DNA of 63,883 bases, the filler included, from Phoronis australis (lineage: Eukaryota; Animalia; Phoronida): NCBI GenBank assembly GCA_002633005.1. It is 8 parts of 8 records of this genome, joined end to end, with 100 filler letters (N's around TTAATTAATTAA, not from the genome) between each part and the next. Parts side by side here need not be neighbours in the genome. Positions count along the whole stretch, not along the records: positions 1 to 18,537 come from NMRA01001463.1; 7 more parts are not named here. One strand, 5' to 3'. Of the stretch, positions 1 through 13,290 are shown in pieces (the stretch's first letter is position 1; every line of letters begins with the position of its first letter). A program made the translations under genes and the position numbers. The notes below the pieces were generated by a model. That model ran no database searches. It was not told the DNA's origin and saw only the letters and a program-made list of their open reading frames with translations.

Positions 1-742
1 CAGGAACCTGTAACTGAATATTCAAACCTCGTGGTTAGAAAATCTCTGCGCTATTAAATGGTGTTATTTCCATTTTTCCCTCTTGTACTGTATGAAAGAC
101 AAACAAAAGCTGGTAAACTGATATTAACTGTGACACAGTAATTGATTTGAGACGAAGGCATCACGATTCAGTTGAGATGGCTGTCTGAAACGCTACTAGC
201 GCTATCTATACCTGAGACTGAAAGTATTAAAAGACCTTACTGTCAATATGACACCTTTTTCATTTGGCTAGACCCTACAAAAGACCAAAAAAAACTGTGT
301 AGACAAGCTTATAAATATAATCAACAAACAACTCAATGTTCATTGGCCCTGGGCAATGTACCTCTCTGGCGATTTCCTGTCCGTGGCGGATCTGCGCAAC
401 ACAAATTGGTTATCACCGGCAGTCTCATCCAAAATACAACTAGAATACCTAGCACCCTATCAGAAGTGTCATTACACAAAGAATCGTCCCCTTTAACAGC
501 ACAACTTCTGTAGAGCTGGACTCCTCCGGTACACACTTAAACTACATATATAATAACGTGTTACCACTATGAACGGTTAAAGTGAAAATTGTGTGTAGAA
601 TTTGACCAATAGCGGAGTTGCAACGCCGCCATATTGGAAATGGGTCAGAATGTTGCATTGTGGTTAAGTCGGTATTTTTCAGTAAACAAATACGTCGTCA
701 ATCGTGGGGGCGAACCGGCCTCAGGGAGGTTATACATGTACG

Positions 743-970
743 TGTTGCGTGCCTGGCTGCTACAATAACAGTTAGCGAGACAAAGAATTTAGTTACTCCC
801 TGTTTCCCAAGGATTAAGAACTGTGTAAAGTGGGTCAGAAACATCGCTGGAGCTGGTAGCAAAGGCCGATTTAGTGAATTCTTTCCGACTTCGTGGCATA
901 TATGCAGCGCTCATTTTGACGGCGGCAAGAAAACGTATCTTGGAAACAGCCCAACAATATTTCCGGTGAA
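743..970 (+). pseudogene. Degenerate THAP (C2CH) zinc-finger coding relic, probably transposon-derived
   Basis: Frame from 743 reads CCVPGCYNNS*RDKEFSYSLFPKD*ELCK, then a frameshift into the 618..1049 ORF gives WVRNI...ICSAHFDGGKKTYLGNSPTIFP, i.e. the THAP signature CxxxxC...FP...W...CxxHF...PTIF broken by two stops and one frameshift. Confidence 0.8.
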
Positions 971-3900
971 AGAAATAACAACAAATACTCCACGGCGGAG
1001 GGTAGAAAAAAAAACTTGTTTTCGCTTGACCAGAACCAAGCCATCGTGAGCAATTTTGTGGATAATGCCTCTGCACAATCACCTGTTCTGTCGCACACTA
1101 TACATTAACGTGCTAAGGCAAAGTCCAGAATATTATTATTTACTTTCTACAAAATTGTGGTGCATTGCTATCAAATTCGTTGTTAAATTACGATCGTTTT
1201 TCAGAAAATTGTGCTGAAATCTCAGGGCGAAATCTCACCGACAGATGCGTAGCTACAGGTCTCGCAATCGTCGATAGGGCAACTTATACTCTTGAAAAAG
1301 AATACAGTTGCGACTCAAAAAATTACCTGAAATCCTTCTTAAGTTTTTCCAAATGGCGTCTCCAAGATTTTTAAGTTCTTGTGAAGTCTGGATTAACTGC
1401 AGATTATGTCCAAATCTTCTCTAGACTGTAGCCCGCAACACTAGAAAAATCTCTGAAGGAACACACATGTTTCCACGTTACGTTTGCGGACGCAAACACC
1501 TCGGATTGAATTAATGAAATGTAGCAACTATCTATCACTTCGCACCTTCTTTGCTTTTAGTAACTTTTTACAATATTCAGTTCTGAGCAGACTGCATACA
1601 TGTATATGTGGACTTGGTAGTTTAAAAGGTATATTTGTTTTATTAAAATGAGTGGCCGGAAAGAGAATGATTAAACTCATTAATTATCTTATTGTGGGTG
1701 AACTCTTTTAACGCAATTTAAACCTGATTTTTTTGATGATTTGTTTCGTTGAGAAATTGATAAGTATTAGTTCTCTGGTCTTTGATATTATTTCTTAATG
1801 ATTTTCTGCTGACATGTTGCGCCATCTATTGTGTAGACTCATTATTACTTTTGCATCTTTTTAGAGGGCGATAGCGTTCTTATAATAATTAGATGTGAAG
1901 TACCCGTATGTAGCCCAGGTCATTTTGAAGTATAGGGATGCATTCCTGTATACATATATCTTCAATTCCGACCATGCGCTTTAAAAATTAATTACTAAAG
2001 TTTCTGATAGATGTAGTTTTTGAGTGTAATCAGTATTTCAAGATGGCTGCGCCCATGATCTACTGCTACTATGATATTTTTCATGATGATTTACTGTAGG
2101 CAACTACTTAGTCCTTCCTATTTTGAGTTTAATTTTAATTGAATGTTTTTAGGTTGAACTTCTTGTCCACTTTACAACTAAATTACATGCAATAAATGAT
2201 GGTTTATACTTTGTAGTTCAAGTCTGAAGTTATATCTCACATGCAATTCCAATACCAGACCAGGCAATTTCCGTTTACTCAACTACGGGCTGGTCCAATG
2301 ACGTAAACTGCGGGAACCTTTTATGTAGGGGTAACCTTATCAAATAACAACTTTTCTTTAAACACTAAAACGGATTGTAACGGCTTACTATTGTGCAAGC
2401 AACCGCTCACATACTACTGTGTAACAAGCGACAGTCCTCTTCGTTACAACATGTACGGCATACTGTTCTCTTCCACTGTGCGGCCGCCGTCCCTGGTCAC
2501 GCAACGAGGGTAAGTAATATCTCAATACAATAATAAATTAGTTTGAATATTGACTTTTGTCCTTACTAGATCTTTTCAAAATGTCCGGTGTAGTGGTCCC
2601 CACACCGTGAATAATACGGTTAAAAGGAAGTCACGCATTTCTAAAGATATGCGGGAATTTTCACCGCTCGTCCTTCTGAGCGGCTTTTACCAGGATCAAA
2701 GAGAGCGCGCGCCGGAGTCAGGTACAGTTGTGATGACCGCATTGCCCGATACGATCAAGACCCAATTAAGTGTAATTGCGTGACCATAAACTGTATTAAA
2801 CATCTCTGACTGTACATAATGGCGAATTTTCAAAGTGCATTAACCACTAATTTTCGTTAAAAACGAACACCACGGATGTATTCAGCTAGAAAAAAACAAC
2901 CAAGTACGGTTTTCGATTTTTAAAAATCGATGAACTAATAATCTAAAAACTTTAACCATTGGGTACGATTGAAGATAAACTACCGCACGTATTGATATAC
3001 TCGGTGGATATACAAACTCGCTTATCAGAGTTAACAATATCACATGGATTCATTTTTTAATATTTTTTCAATCTCGTTTAATCAGATTTTTGACCAGAAA
3101 ACAGTTGTACTTAACTTGTGCCCACTTTTCATTTTTATTACTGACAAAGAGCTAGAATAGTTATATAGTCAGTGCCACCGAAATTGTCCTGAGATTCCAA
3201 ATCTTCATTTTGTTTATCACAATATTTGCACTTCTGTACTTATTTTATGATATGAGTTCTAATAATGATTAATGACGTGGAGTGTTTAGTGTACATGTAC
3301 TGTGGAAAGTTCAGGGATGGGCTCACAATGAACTTAACTAATTAAGTTTCGCTGGCGATCAAAATCTATCACTGTTTTGGTACTTCAAGTTAAATAGAAA
3401 GTTATCAACCCGTTCCGGTAAGAAAAAAAAAACAAGTGGGCAGAAGCATTAAAATTTAAATAACGAAAACCAATATGAAACATATCGTTCCTTTGGGAAG
3501 TGGCCCTTTGTGAAGATGAACACAAGTTAACCTTTTTAGTCATTTTGTAATATTTATAATTTACCAAGTTAAAACTACTCTCCAGAGTTGCTGGCTGTAA
3601 CTCTGCAAATGTCAGAGGAAACCAAACTGGGGGTACTAACAGCAACCATTGTTGAGACAGTAATGCTAGCTATAGCCTTTCCACTTCAATAGCTCAGATC
3701 TATATCAATACAAAACGCGTGCTCAATAAATAAGTAAAAGTTGTCTGGGGCTAGGGGAATCTGAGCGATTACCAATGTAAGCGAGAAATTCTCCACATGT
3801 CCCTTACGCTATTTCTTCAGTTAACGAAACAGGTTCTACTAGTTTTAGACCCTAGACTATCAAGAGTATTCTCCCGTGCAGACATTCTAACCCACTAAGG

Positions 3901-6900
3901 TATCGGCCGAGGGGTCGCATTAAGAAATCACATCAAACATAATTCTCTACTTCCACACTGATGTCATTTGAGCCTATGACAGCGGGTTAATGTTGCGTGC
4001 GTGTACATGTAGTAGCTGTTGTAATGAAGTTCTCATAGGGCAAAGATTTAACAAAACAACCGATCATTAAGTAGGCACATATCGATGGTACAGAATAAAG
4101 TGAATATAGTGGCAACCGCGTATAAAAAAATCCATACACAGCGGGCATACATTATTTCGAAATGTATACAGCCGACGTCATTAAACAAAAAATACGTTTA
4201 ATCTTAGTGACGACACTGTATAGCATCGATCCCGGGCCTGAGGGTAATAAGCTGATTGGGTGCCATCAAGTCAATTCTCAAATTTAATTAAGAAGCAGTC
4301 TTCGCTCTTTCACGTGGTTTCAGTTCCAGTATTGTATAACTAACAGTTAAAATTAACCATGCTTTTCTCGCTGCTCGATAATGAACACCGCCACTACTTA
4401 CTCAGCTAGGTGTCTGGGTTAGAGTAGCGTCATTGGTCAATACTTTCAAATGCGGTTTTGTGGAAATACACAAATAGCCACAATAGTGAACAATATTATT
4501 TCCTAGGCAAATTTGTGTATACCCAGGAGGATCTAGGATATAGGGTACGAAGCACAATTTTCAAATAGTGAACGTTCGAGTAAGGCTTGAAATGACCGAA
4601 CACGGCACGTCGATGGATCCGTTATTTTGCTGGCGTATTATTTGGTCGTTCATTTGTGTATACACTGAAGGATCTGGGATACCGCGAGGGATGGGGCACC
4701 AAACACAATTTGCAAACGTTAATGTTAGGACTAAAGCCCACTAAAACTGCACGGTGGTGGCGATGTTGTATTTGATGTGCTATTAATATGTTCTAAAGAA
4801 AGTCTTATTTACATATAATGTTGGTGTGTTTTGTTTGAATATTTAGCTTGATCAGTCATGACGTAAAAAGTCAATATCACCCAGACGCACCACCGGCTAG
4901 ATACAAATATAGTATAGCACAGTTGGTAGAATAAACTACCCGAAGGAATGAAATCGTTGTTTTTGAAAATTCTTATAATCACGTTAATATCTGGGAGAAG
5001 TTGTCAAATTTCGGAGACTTAAAACTGGTGATCACGTGTCTATAGGGTTCCTACGTTAGGGAATTGCCTGGAAGAAATTGGATCACCAGAACTTGATAAA
5101 TTCTCCTGAAAATAGTGTTGATGATCACCAGTCAAACCACTCATATTGTGGGGCAGGGTGGGCGTACCAACAAACGACAAATTAATAAAATATCAACTTT
5201 TTGTTTCAAGTTAGGATTATTTCTTCTAAACTTACATTATGATAACCAGTTCATTCAGGTAAATACCATTTTCATTGGTTAATGTCTGAATATACTGAAT
5301 ACCTTATACCTCTGCATGTAACTGCTGAGTGTTGGTTACTTGTTTGTATTACTTGTGACCATGCTTGCGGTGCTTTGATATTTTCCTTGAGAATGGTGAA
5401 GTGATTTTCGTCGAGACGTCGGAATGTAAGTACACAGTGCTGACAAGGATTGTGCCGAGCTTCTTATTAATACGTGTTATTTGTAAACTTAAAAAAAATC
5501 ACAAAAATGTCGCGAAGGAAACAACTTAGGCCTACACCGGATTGCAAAGTAATTGACATTTAATAAAGTAATGTGTTATTTTAATTCATCCTCGACAGAT
5601 CCTGGTCGTTGTCAGAACAGCCAATGCCACCCGGAATTTTCGAATGCCAGGTAAATCTTCAAAAACCCACCTATTGCTTGTAACATTTTGTCTAGATCCC
5701 AAAATGTGGCGTTAAGTTGGTTTTCTTGGCTGGCTGAGTGCTGACAAGGGACACATGCAGTAGACCCCGATGCCTAATGTGAAAGTAACCAATGTCCTCT
5801 TCAAAAAAATGTCCGGCTTGCATGTATTTGAATCGGTGAAGCATTCGGATAATCCGCTGAATAACGCTCCCGTATGCTGGCATTTAAATATATGCAGCTA
5901 CCCCCTGCTCAATGCATTTAATCAGAGAAGAATGGAATTCGGAAGTATGTATTTTTTAGTTTCAAACTCATATGTACTCTACTTTCTGTCAAACAACAGT
6001 GTACTTCAAGGGATCTGGATCACCTCATTTAGTTTCAGATTTATTTTCTGCGTAACTGATACGCCTCTTTGTAAAAGTACACATTAGCGGACAAACAAGG
6101 AAATACCTAAAATTGTAAGGCGTTTATTGGTCGAAAAGTAAGGATATGACTTTGTGAAATCACTCATTATTGGATGAAAGTGAACTATTTTGATTGATTT
6201 TACGCTGCTAAATTTACCTTTCAAAACGAGGCACGGAATCCAATTGCGAGACTTAGAAATAATTTTACACTGTAGTTTTGATATCTAATGTTGTGTTCTA
6301 TTTAAAAAGCGTATTAAAATAAACCAAAATTCGATGATTGTTAGTAGCCCATTACTTCAAAAAGCCTCGACTCAAAACGTTAAAGGTGCATTTGATTCGC
6401 ACGTACACCATTAACTTGGAAATCTCGACCTTATATATCACAGCTTGTCTCGAAGTACCCCTGAGTACGATGGCGAATAGCCCCTGCCATATAACATGAA
6501 AGGAAATTGAAAGTTCACTTGCCACTGAGAGTTCACATGTCACTGAAATCTCACATTCCGTTGACTTGTAACTGTTCAATGTTGATTGTTGTTGGCCAAT
6601 CATGGTATAGTTGAATACTTTTTTAAATTAATTTTCTGCTTTTAGAAGTTACTGATCTGCTTCGTAATGTGCACCTTAGAAATTGAGTGAAAGAGGAAGA
6701 CTGTTTAAGACTAACTTCAGTCGATTTGAGTGGAACAGAAATTAAACACTTCAGTCTACTTAATGGTCATTTAATATTATACCAATACGTCCACAGAAGA
6801 CAGAGCTAACCGGTTCTTTCTGAGACAGGCATCCAGTTGTCCAATGCATAGAAGTTAAAATGTGGTCGCAGGTTTACTAAAACCCTGTTCTCTCAGCGCC

Positions 6901-9843
6901 TGCCATGCATTCTAAGGCATTTTAAGGAATTTTACAGATAACACGTAGTTATGTTCTTTTCCCCATTTTTGGGTATATTTACCGCGTGATTCTAATACAG
7001 TGTAAGTTTCCTCGTTTTCAAACTGAATAGACTGATAGCAGACAACAGCTCTTCAACAGGGGGCGCCTGTGAGCTAATGGTCCCACGTGACTACCTGAAT
7101 CCAGCAATTTATGCAAGTAGGCTGGCCGTTGTGGCACTTGCGCCACCTTGAGAATTTAGAGTCTACCGTTGGCAGTGAATCATTTAATACAATTAAATAG
7201 ATTTTATACAATCCATGTACCTAGGTGAGTGTGTTCTTGGATACAACTCAGGCGACAAACCTGCACCTCCCTGAAACGTGACAGAAAGAAAGAAAACAGT
7301 CTTCAATGATACCACTGTATTACACAAAACCCAAAAAACAACTCAATAAATGACATTGGTTTAATATTACAACAGTTAACAAAAACAATCCTTTTCGCAG
7401 GAGTCGTTTTCAAACCAACACACACAAGTCTTTAATAATACACCACACTCTCCTCTTTACGTGTGAAGTATGCTCACACCGATTGTTTCTCATTTTCACT
7501 ACTTAAATTCCTTGAAATTCATTTAGGACGGCAAATTTTTCAACAGTCTCCTAGAACAAAATTACACGGAAAACATACACGTATACTTGACATCCAAGTT
7601 GGTTACACGTCCAATTATGACATTTCCGATTAGAATAGTATGACATCAACAACAGAATCACTACAAAAAAGTCTGCGTACTGCATGCGAGTGCGTTTAGG
7701 CCCTGCGTTCATTGCAGTCGAAGAAAGGTGTTACACCAAAAATGTTTCCCGTACAGATTAGTACTTTCCAAGAGGGAGAAATGAACTCTTTAAGCTATTG
7801 TCAGTTGCCACTTAACTTCGAAACGCAAAAACTAATGTAACGAGAAAACCCAAAATATTTCAAAAGCCAAGGTACAAGTATCTCCTTCATTTTGATCAAA
7901 AAAATTGAATACGGGGTTCATATGGTCAACTTCGCATGTAAGCGCTTGGGCTAACATGCCCGCAAGTGCAGTAACCAATGCGTCGTTTGTCACATCCAAT
8001 AACTAAAACGGACATGTACGCCTTACATCTACTAAAATATAAACCAGGTTATTATAACTACACGAACTTCGTGAATACTAAACTTTTGCTTTATCCGACA
8101 GAATATGATTTCTGCAGACAAATAGGAAAACCTGGCCATTGTCTCTTCGAGGGATTCCATCTACGCTGGTGCCAAAAATGTAGGGAGTGGGGGAACGAGC
8201 GCCTCCCACTAATCAGAGACATAGCAAGCGAGAGATACGGCAATGTACGGGAACCCCATGATTTTGTAGGCGTAGTGCTGAAACGTCCGTTGCGACCACT
8301 ACACGCTTGGGACAGGGCAATGAGAACCATGAAAGAAAGTCAGAGCGAAAGTTGTAGAACCCTGAAAAATCTAGAGATGATTTGTCAACTACCCGTGCTG
8401 GATTTACCCTACAGTTGCCATGTTCAGCAAATGTTTGTTAGTGAGCCTCCAATTTTAAAAATGTTTAGTATGAATTGTGTGCGCGCTTTCATTCTCTCAA
8501 ACTTCAAATTGATTCATATTTTAATGTGCAATTTCCCGGGAGTCCACATTTTTGAAATTATAGACGGTTTCATATATACATCGGCTTTTGAAATAGACCA
8601 GATCATGGTTCCGATAGTTATCGACTTCTAATATTGGTCTAGTTATTAAAAGACCCCGAAAAAGGAACCAACTGTCTCTCTTATATTGTTTTTTTGGCAT
8701 CGTAAAACCATTGTTGACTCGAGAATGGAAGGGAAAACCCGCTGTTTGAATCAACTGTCACTCTTTTCAGCCTTTTAATTATTAAGCCTTTCCGCATTAG
8801 AGTACCTGGAGAGCATCAATTTGGAAAAATGGGACACAAAACATCGTGTATTCTTGAAGGCAAATTAAAGATTATTATGAAAACAAAGTGCAGCCAGCGT
8901 GTTTTAAAATCGATAGCAGCGCCGTAGATGAAATCGAACGAGTTAAGACGACTGTGCATAAGCTAATGAAATCAAGAGGATTGAACTCATCATCACTTAT
9001 TGACTGCTTTAAATAAGACTCAGGTGATCGCCCAATTATTTTACATGGTAAGAACCGTTTTCTACTAGGAAAAAGGAAGTCAATTATAGCTCCATATCTG
9101 TGAGTTTATAAATACACTCCCGCCATAAACAAGGGAAAATCAGGACAGCGCACCTACGGCTACTTTTCAAGTTTGCAATCGTTTTGAGATGACAAAATAC
9201 ATCATCATGCACACCTTCATAATCCTCTAGCATCAAGTCAGATGATTACCAAATGGAATTATTAAATGGAATCTAATATTGAATTGTGTGAAATGTCACA
9301 GTATACTTAAAGCGTAAGACGACATTAATCAATTTAGGCAAGAGTCAAGTTCGGTGCTCACGATCCCTGGAAGGCAATTCTTGTGACATACGTGTGCAGC
9401 CATAAGACATCCAAATTCAGTTATACCGATCACGAAAGCAGACCTCTTCACTAACGTGGGAAGACGACATATAGGTTTCGCAAAATAACAATCACATCGA
9501 TTGGTTTAATTTGAACACTAGAACAGAATATGCACAAAACGTTATTAAACTTTCTCATGCCACACCAAGTGACCAATGGCCCATTGTCGGTTGAGGTAAG
9601 GAACACCCTTGAAAGTTTGTGATTGGCCAATGGAGCAGCACAAAGTGCCACCTCTTGCTATTTCAGGTTATAATAGGCGATAATGAACACCTGCCTTTCT
9701 ACAAAAATGCGCAACTAGAAGTGCGTGATTTTTCAACTTCAACGAAGGTAACCCCAGTGACATTGTCACAGAACAATATGACTAGGCTACACTCAGAGAC
9801 CTACTTGCAGCTCACCTATTCTGAATCCGAGACTATTGTATTC

Positions 9844-12133
9844 CTACAGTCTTGACTGGCAGGTGCTAATAGTACTCACTTCTTGGTGAGAGCTACCAAT
9901 AGTGCTCAATTGTGAAGGAGAGGTCGCCACTTTCGACCTCTTCTTTCTGCAACTGAGAGAGGAAAGAGTATATAGATAAGGATTAAACGCTGCGTTTACG
10001 GGAAGAATGACAGCAGCCATCCAGGCAACAAACTCCGGAGAAATATCAACACCTAAAGCCGCCATTATCCCAGCGATCACCACTGGCATCCAACAGCAGA
10101 AATCAGTCATAACCAAAATGCTGACCTTCTTAGCTAGCTTTATCTCTTTGTCATTGGCATTCTGACCAGAAGCTTTCCTGCTACTTTTGACACGTATAAA
10201 TATTGCCAAATAGCTTACGGCAATAAACACAAAGGAACAGAAATTGAATACAACAAATATAGCTATCTTGAACCATTTAAAGTCGCTTGCTGAAGTCAAG
10301 GTGAACGGTAAACACATTGACGTGGCTCCATAAAAATAATTCCCGTTGCCGAAATATCCTAGATGTGTTAGCGGAAGTGCCGCCATGGTTGCCCAAATGA
10401 CAGTAAACGTGATCATAATGATGAGTGCCTGGCGAACCTCTAAAGGCGGAACTTTGAAAGTAAAGATTAACGATAACAATCGATCAATAGTAATGACCAA
10501 CATCGTCGACACAGACATTTCACTGGAGAAAAAAGCCAAATACCCGGCTATTTGACAAACAAGACTGTTCCGCCATGCTGGATCGTAAAGAAAATAATGT
10601 CCTCGCATTAAATAATAAAAATCGGCAACAGCTATAATTAACATGTAAACTCCAGTCAAAAAATCAGAAAATGCCAATATTACAACGAGGACGGAACTGA
10701 CAGATTTTAAGGACTTTCTAATTCTCCATATGCAGACACCTAGGTTACCAAATAAGGCAAGTAATCCAAGCACCCACAACGCTGCTCGTAGAAAGTGATT
10801 GGGCATCAAGTCAGAACATGATGAAAATGGATCTTTCTCAGGACTACAGGCAGCGTTTTGACCCTTCACCGCAGCTTCTTGCAACCTATTTTGTAACAAA
10901 CAACAAAATCTGAAGCTGTCCCCTTCAAGTTTTGTGATATTGATTCCGTCAAATGTTTCCAGATCAACTTCTAGAAATTTGTTGTTATGTCGCATGTCAA
11001 TAGCCATTCGATTGCGCAAGCCACTGAAACCATTGGCACTGATGACGCGGATGTCGTTAAACGAAATGTTTAAATAGATTAAACGCAAACCTTTGAAAAT
11101 CGGGAACACAATTTCAGTTATACGATTACCGCAAAGATTTAAGTGGAATAAGTTATTCAGATCTTCAAATAAACGCTCAGGAATGGAAGTTATCCTGTTA
11201 AATGACAGGTCTAGCTTGTGGAGCATATAATGCTTTGAGAATGTTTTGTTAGTTAACTTAATGAAGTTGCTAGCAAAGACAATGCCCCGCATGAGATTTG
11301 AACCGTCAGGTAAAAATTGAAGGTTACCGTTCCTACAGTCCAAAACGTATCCGATGCAATGACACGAGTGCGGGCAAGTTATATTTAGATCGCACAACTT
11401 CTCGTCATCTCCTTTCAAACAATCCCTTATTCCATCACACACTTTATCTTGGTCAATACACTTCACTTCTCCCTGACAACGATATTCTGTTGGACAAGAG
11501 TAGTTGTGACAGTCAAGTTCATCGTAACCTTCTACGCAGTCCCACGTTCCGTCGCATACAGCGTGGCGAGGAACGCAGTAACTACCGGGGCATTTGAATA
11601 GTCCAGGACATTGGAAGTTCACGCAGTTAAGAAGATGGCTACTGTCACTACAACCTATTTCTGAATTAGTTTTATCGTATACACAAGCGTGGCTTCGTTC
11701 AAAACATGCTGAATGATCATGTCTACATCTGGATTCCGTAGGGAATATACAGTGTACTATTGCGCCGACAGATTGTGCAAACAATATATCATAGTCCACA
11801 TATGTTTCGTCTTCTTGGTGGTTCCCTACGCAATCTGGTTTCATGTTTCTCCTCTTGTGTTTCTCGATACAAGCGCCGCTATAGCACTGAAAGCCATTCA
11901 AATATGAACAATTATGTCGCCAGTTACAGACTGCTTCGGATTCGTCTGATCCATCGGTACATTGTTTTTTGAAATCGCATTTTCGATCTTTTGCTATGCA
12001 CTGGCCTGACAAGCACCTGAACGTATCTAATGGACATGGAGGATAGAAACAGTCGGCTTCATCTGACCCATCTTCGCAATCGTCCATGAAGTCGCAGACC
12101 AGAGATAGGCTAACTCGCTTGTGATTGCGGCAC
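9844..12133 (-). CDS. GRL101-like (type C2 LGR, relaxin-receptor related) G protein-coupled receptor; large 3' coding exon, 5' exons not identified
   Basis: The 747-aa ORF extends upstream to an acceptor ttttcaag|G at 12133 (adds CRNHKRVSLSLVCDF; in-frame stop just upstream). Contains several LDLa modules (CDxxxDCxDGSDE), LRRNT (CPHSCHC), LRRs (LDLSFNRI, LNLCGNRI, LNISFNDI), hinge DSFRFCC...FSSCSDLM and a rhodopsin-type 7TM (GNxxV, LAxSD, ITIDR, TDFCCWMP, NPYLY). Confidence 0.93.
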
Positions 12134-12935
12134 CTTGAAAAATATATGTCATTTTCCTATACCAAGTTTAAACAAGAGGGTCTTCAACATAAATGTACAT
12201 AAGCATGATTTTTTTAACTGAATTACTGCAATTTAAGGACTAAATGTTTTGTAAAACAATTGGAAACGAGTACACATATCTATAACAGCATATAAACCGT
12301 AGTACCTGGGCCACAAGAGGCTTATGATACCACTTCCATGATAATTTTAAATTTGAGTTGTTCCTCAAAAAGACAAATTAGACATCCCTGAGGGGCGATA
12401 CTGCAGATCATATTTTCAAAGGTTACATTAATTCCCGGAAACTCAGTTTTTGCATTTCCAAATTGAAATACCAATTTATAAGGTTGTATCAAACATTATT
12501 TAATGACTTCCTCTGTGTTACAGTTTGCATACAAACTGGAAGATTTCCACTAGTAAACTAGGATACTTTGCATCACCGAATGTACCTACAATACCTACTG
12601 ATCTGCATGATACGACAGTTTCGACCTTCTTTGTGCCTGGACTTGATTGTTTTTGCCGATTTCACAACGTCAACTGACTAAAAAGTCCAGCTTACCATCA
12701 GACGTCACCGTCAGCCGCCCCGGCTCAACCGGCAAAATCAGTCAAGTGCACACATAGTTTGACTCGCCGCAATAGTGAATATTTCTTGCATTTTACGAAA
12801 ATGACAGGACACCATCACTCTGGATTGAAATTCCCACATATTTGCCAGCAAACCTAATTTAAGACCAAGTTGGTAAAACATGTCTATCCTATAAGACTAT
12901 ATAAAGGATCTAAAAAGAACCCCAAGTCTCAATAA

Positions 12936-13290
12936 CCCAGTAAACATGCAGGTACTGGGCCAATACTGGCCCTGAAGGGTCTTCTGTATTGGCCCAATGC
13001 TGTAGGCCAGTACTGACATAATAACATTTTGCACACCCGCTGGGTATTGAGCCGGTTAAGTGCCAGTACCAGGCAATTTGTGGGCCAATACACCAAAAAC
13101 CGGTTTCTGCCCTGTAAAGGGCCAGTATTGACAGACTGTGTTGGTCCTGTACAGGGCCATTGATGAGCTCATATTAAGCCAGTATATTAATTACATAGGC
13201 GAAAATGCAGTAGCGGGCCAGTACAGTGCCAATATTAAACCACTAATCTTGCCTTTACAGGCCGAATGCAGGAATATTACTGTTTGTGGG
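12936..13290. mobile_element. Non-autonomous DNA transposon/MITE, EnSpm(CACTA)-like termini
   Basis: Ends CCCAGTAAACA ... TGTTTGTGGG (imperfect TIR); interior packed with GGCCAGTACTG/GGGCCAATAC-like subterminal repeats in both orientations. No clean TSD. Confidence 0.6.

Noticed and set aside
4910-4935. tRNA-like TAGCACAGTTGGTAGA
   Set aside because: A-box/D-arm-like only; no T arm or acceptor stem.
7978-8631. 217-aa ORF on + strand
   Set aside because: No recognisable motif or splice structure; probably a chance ORF downstream of the GPCR gene.
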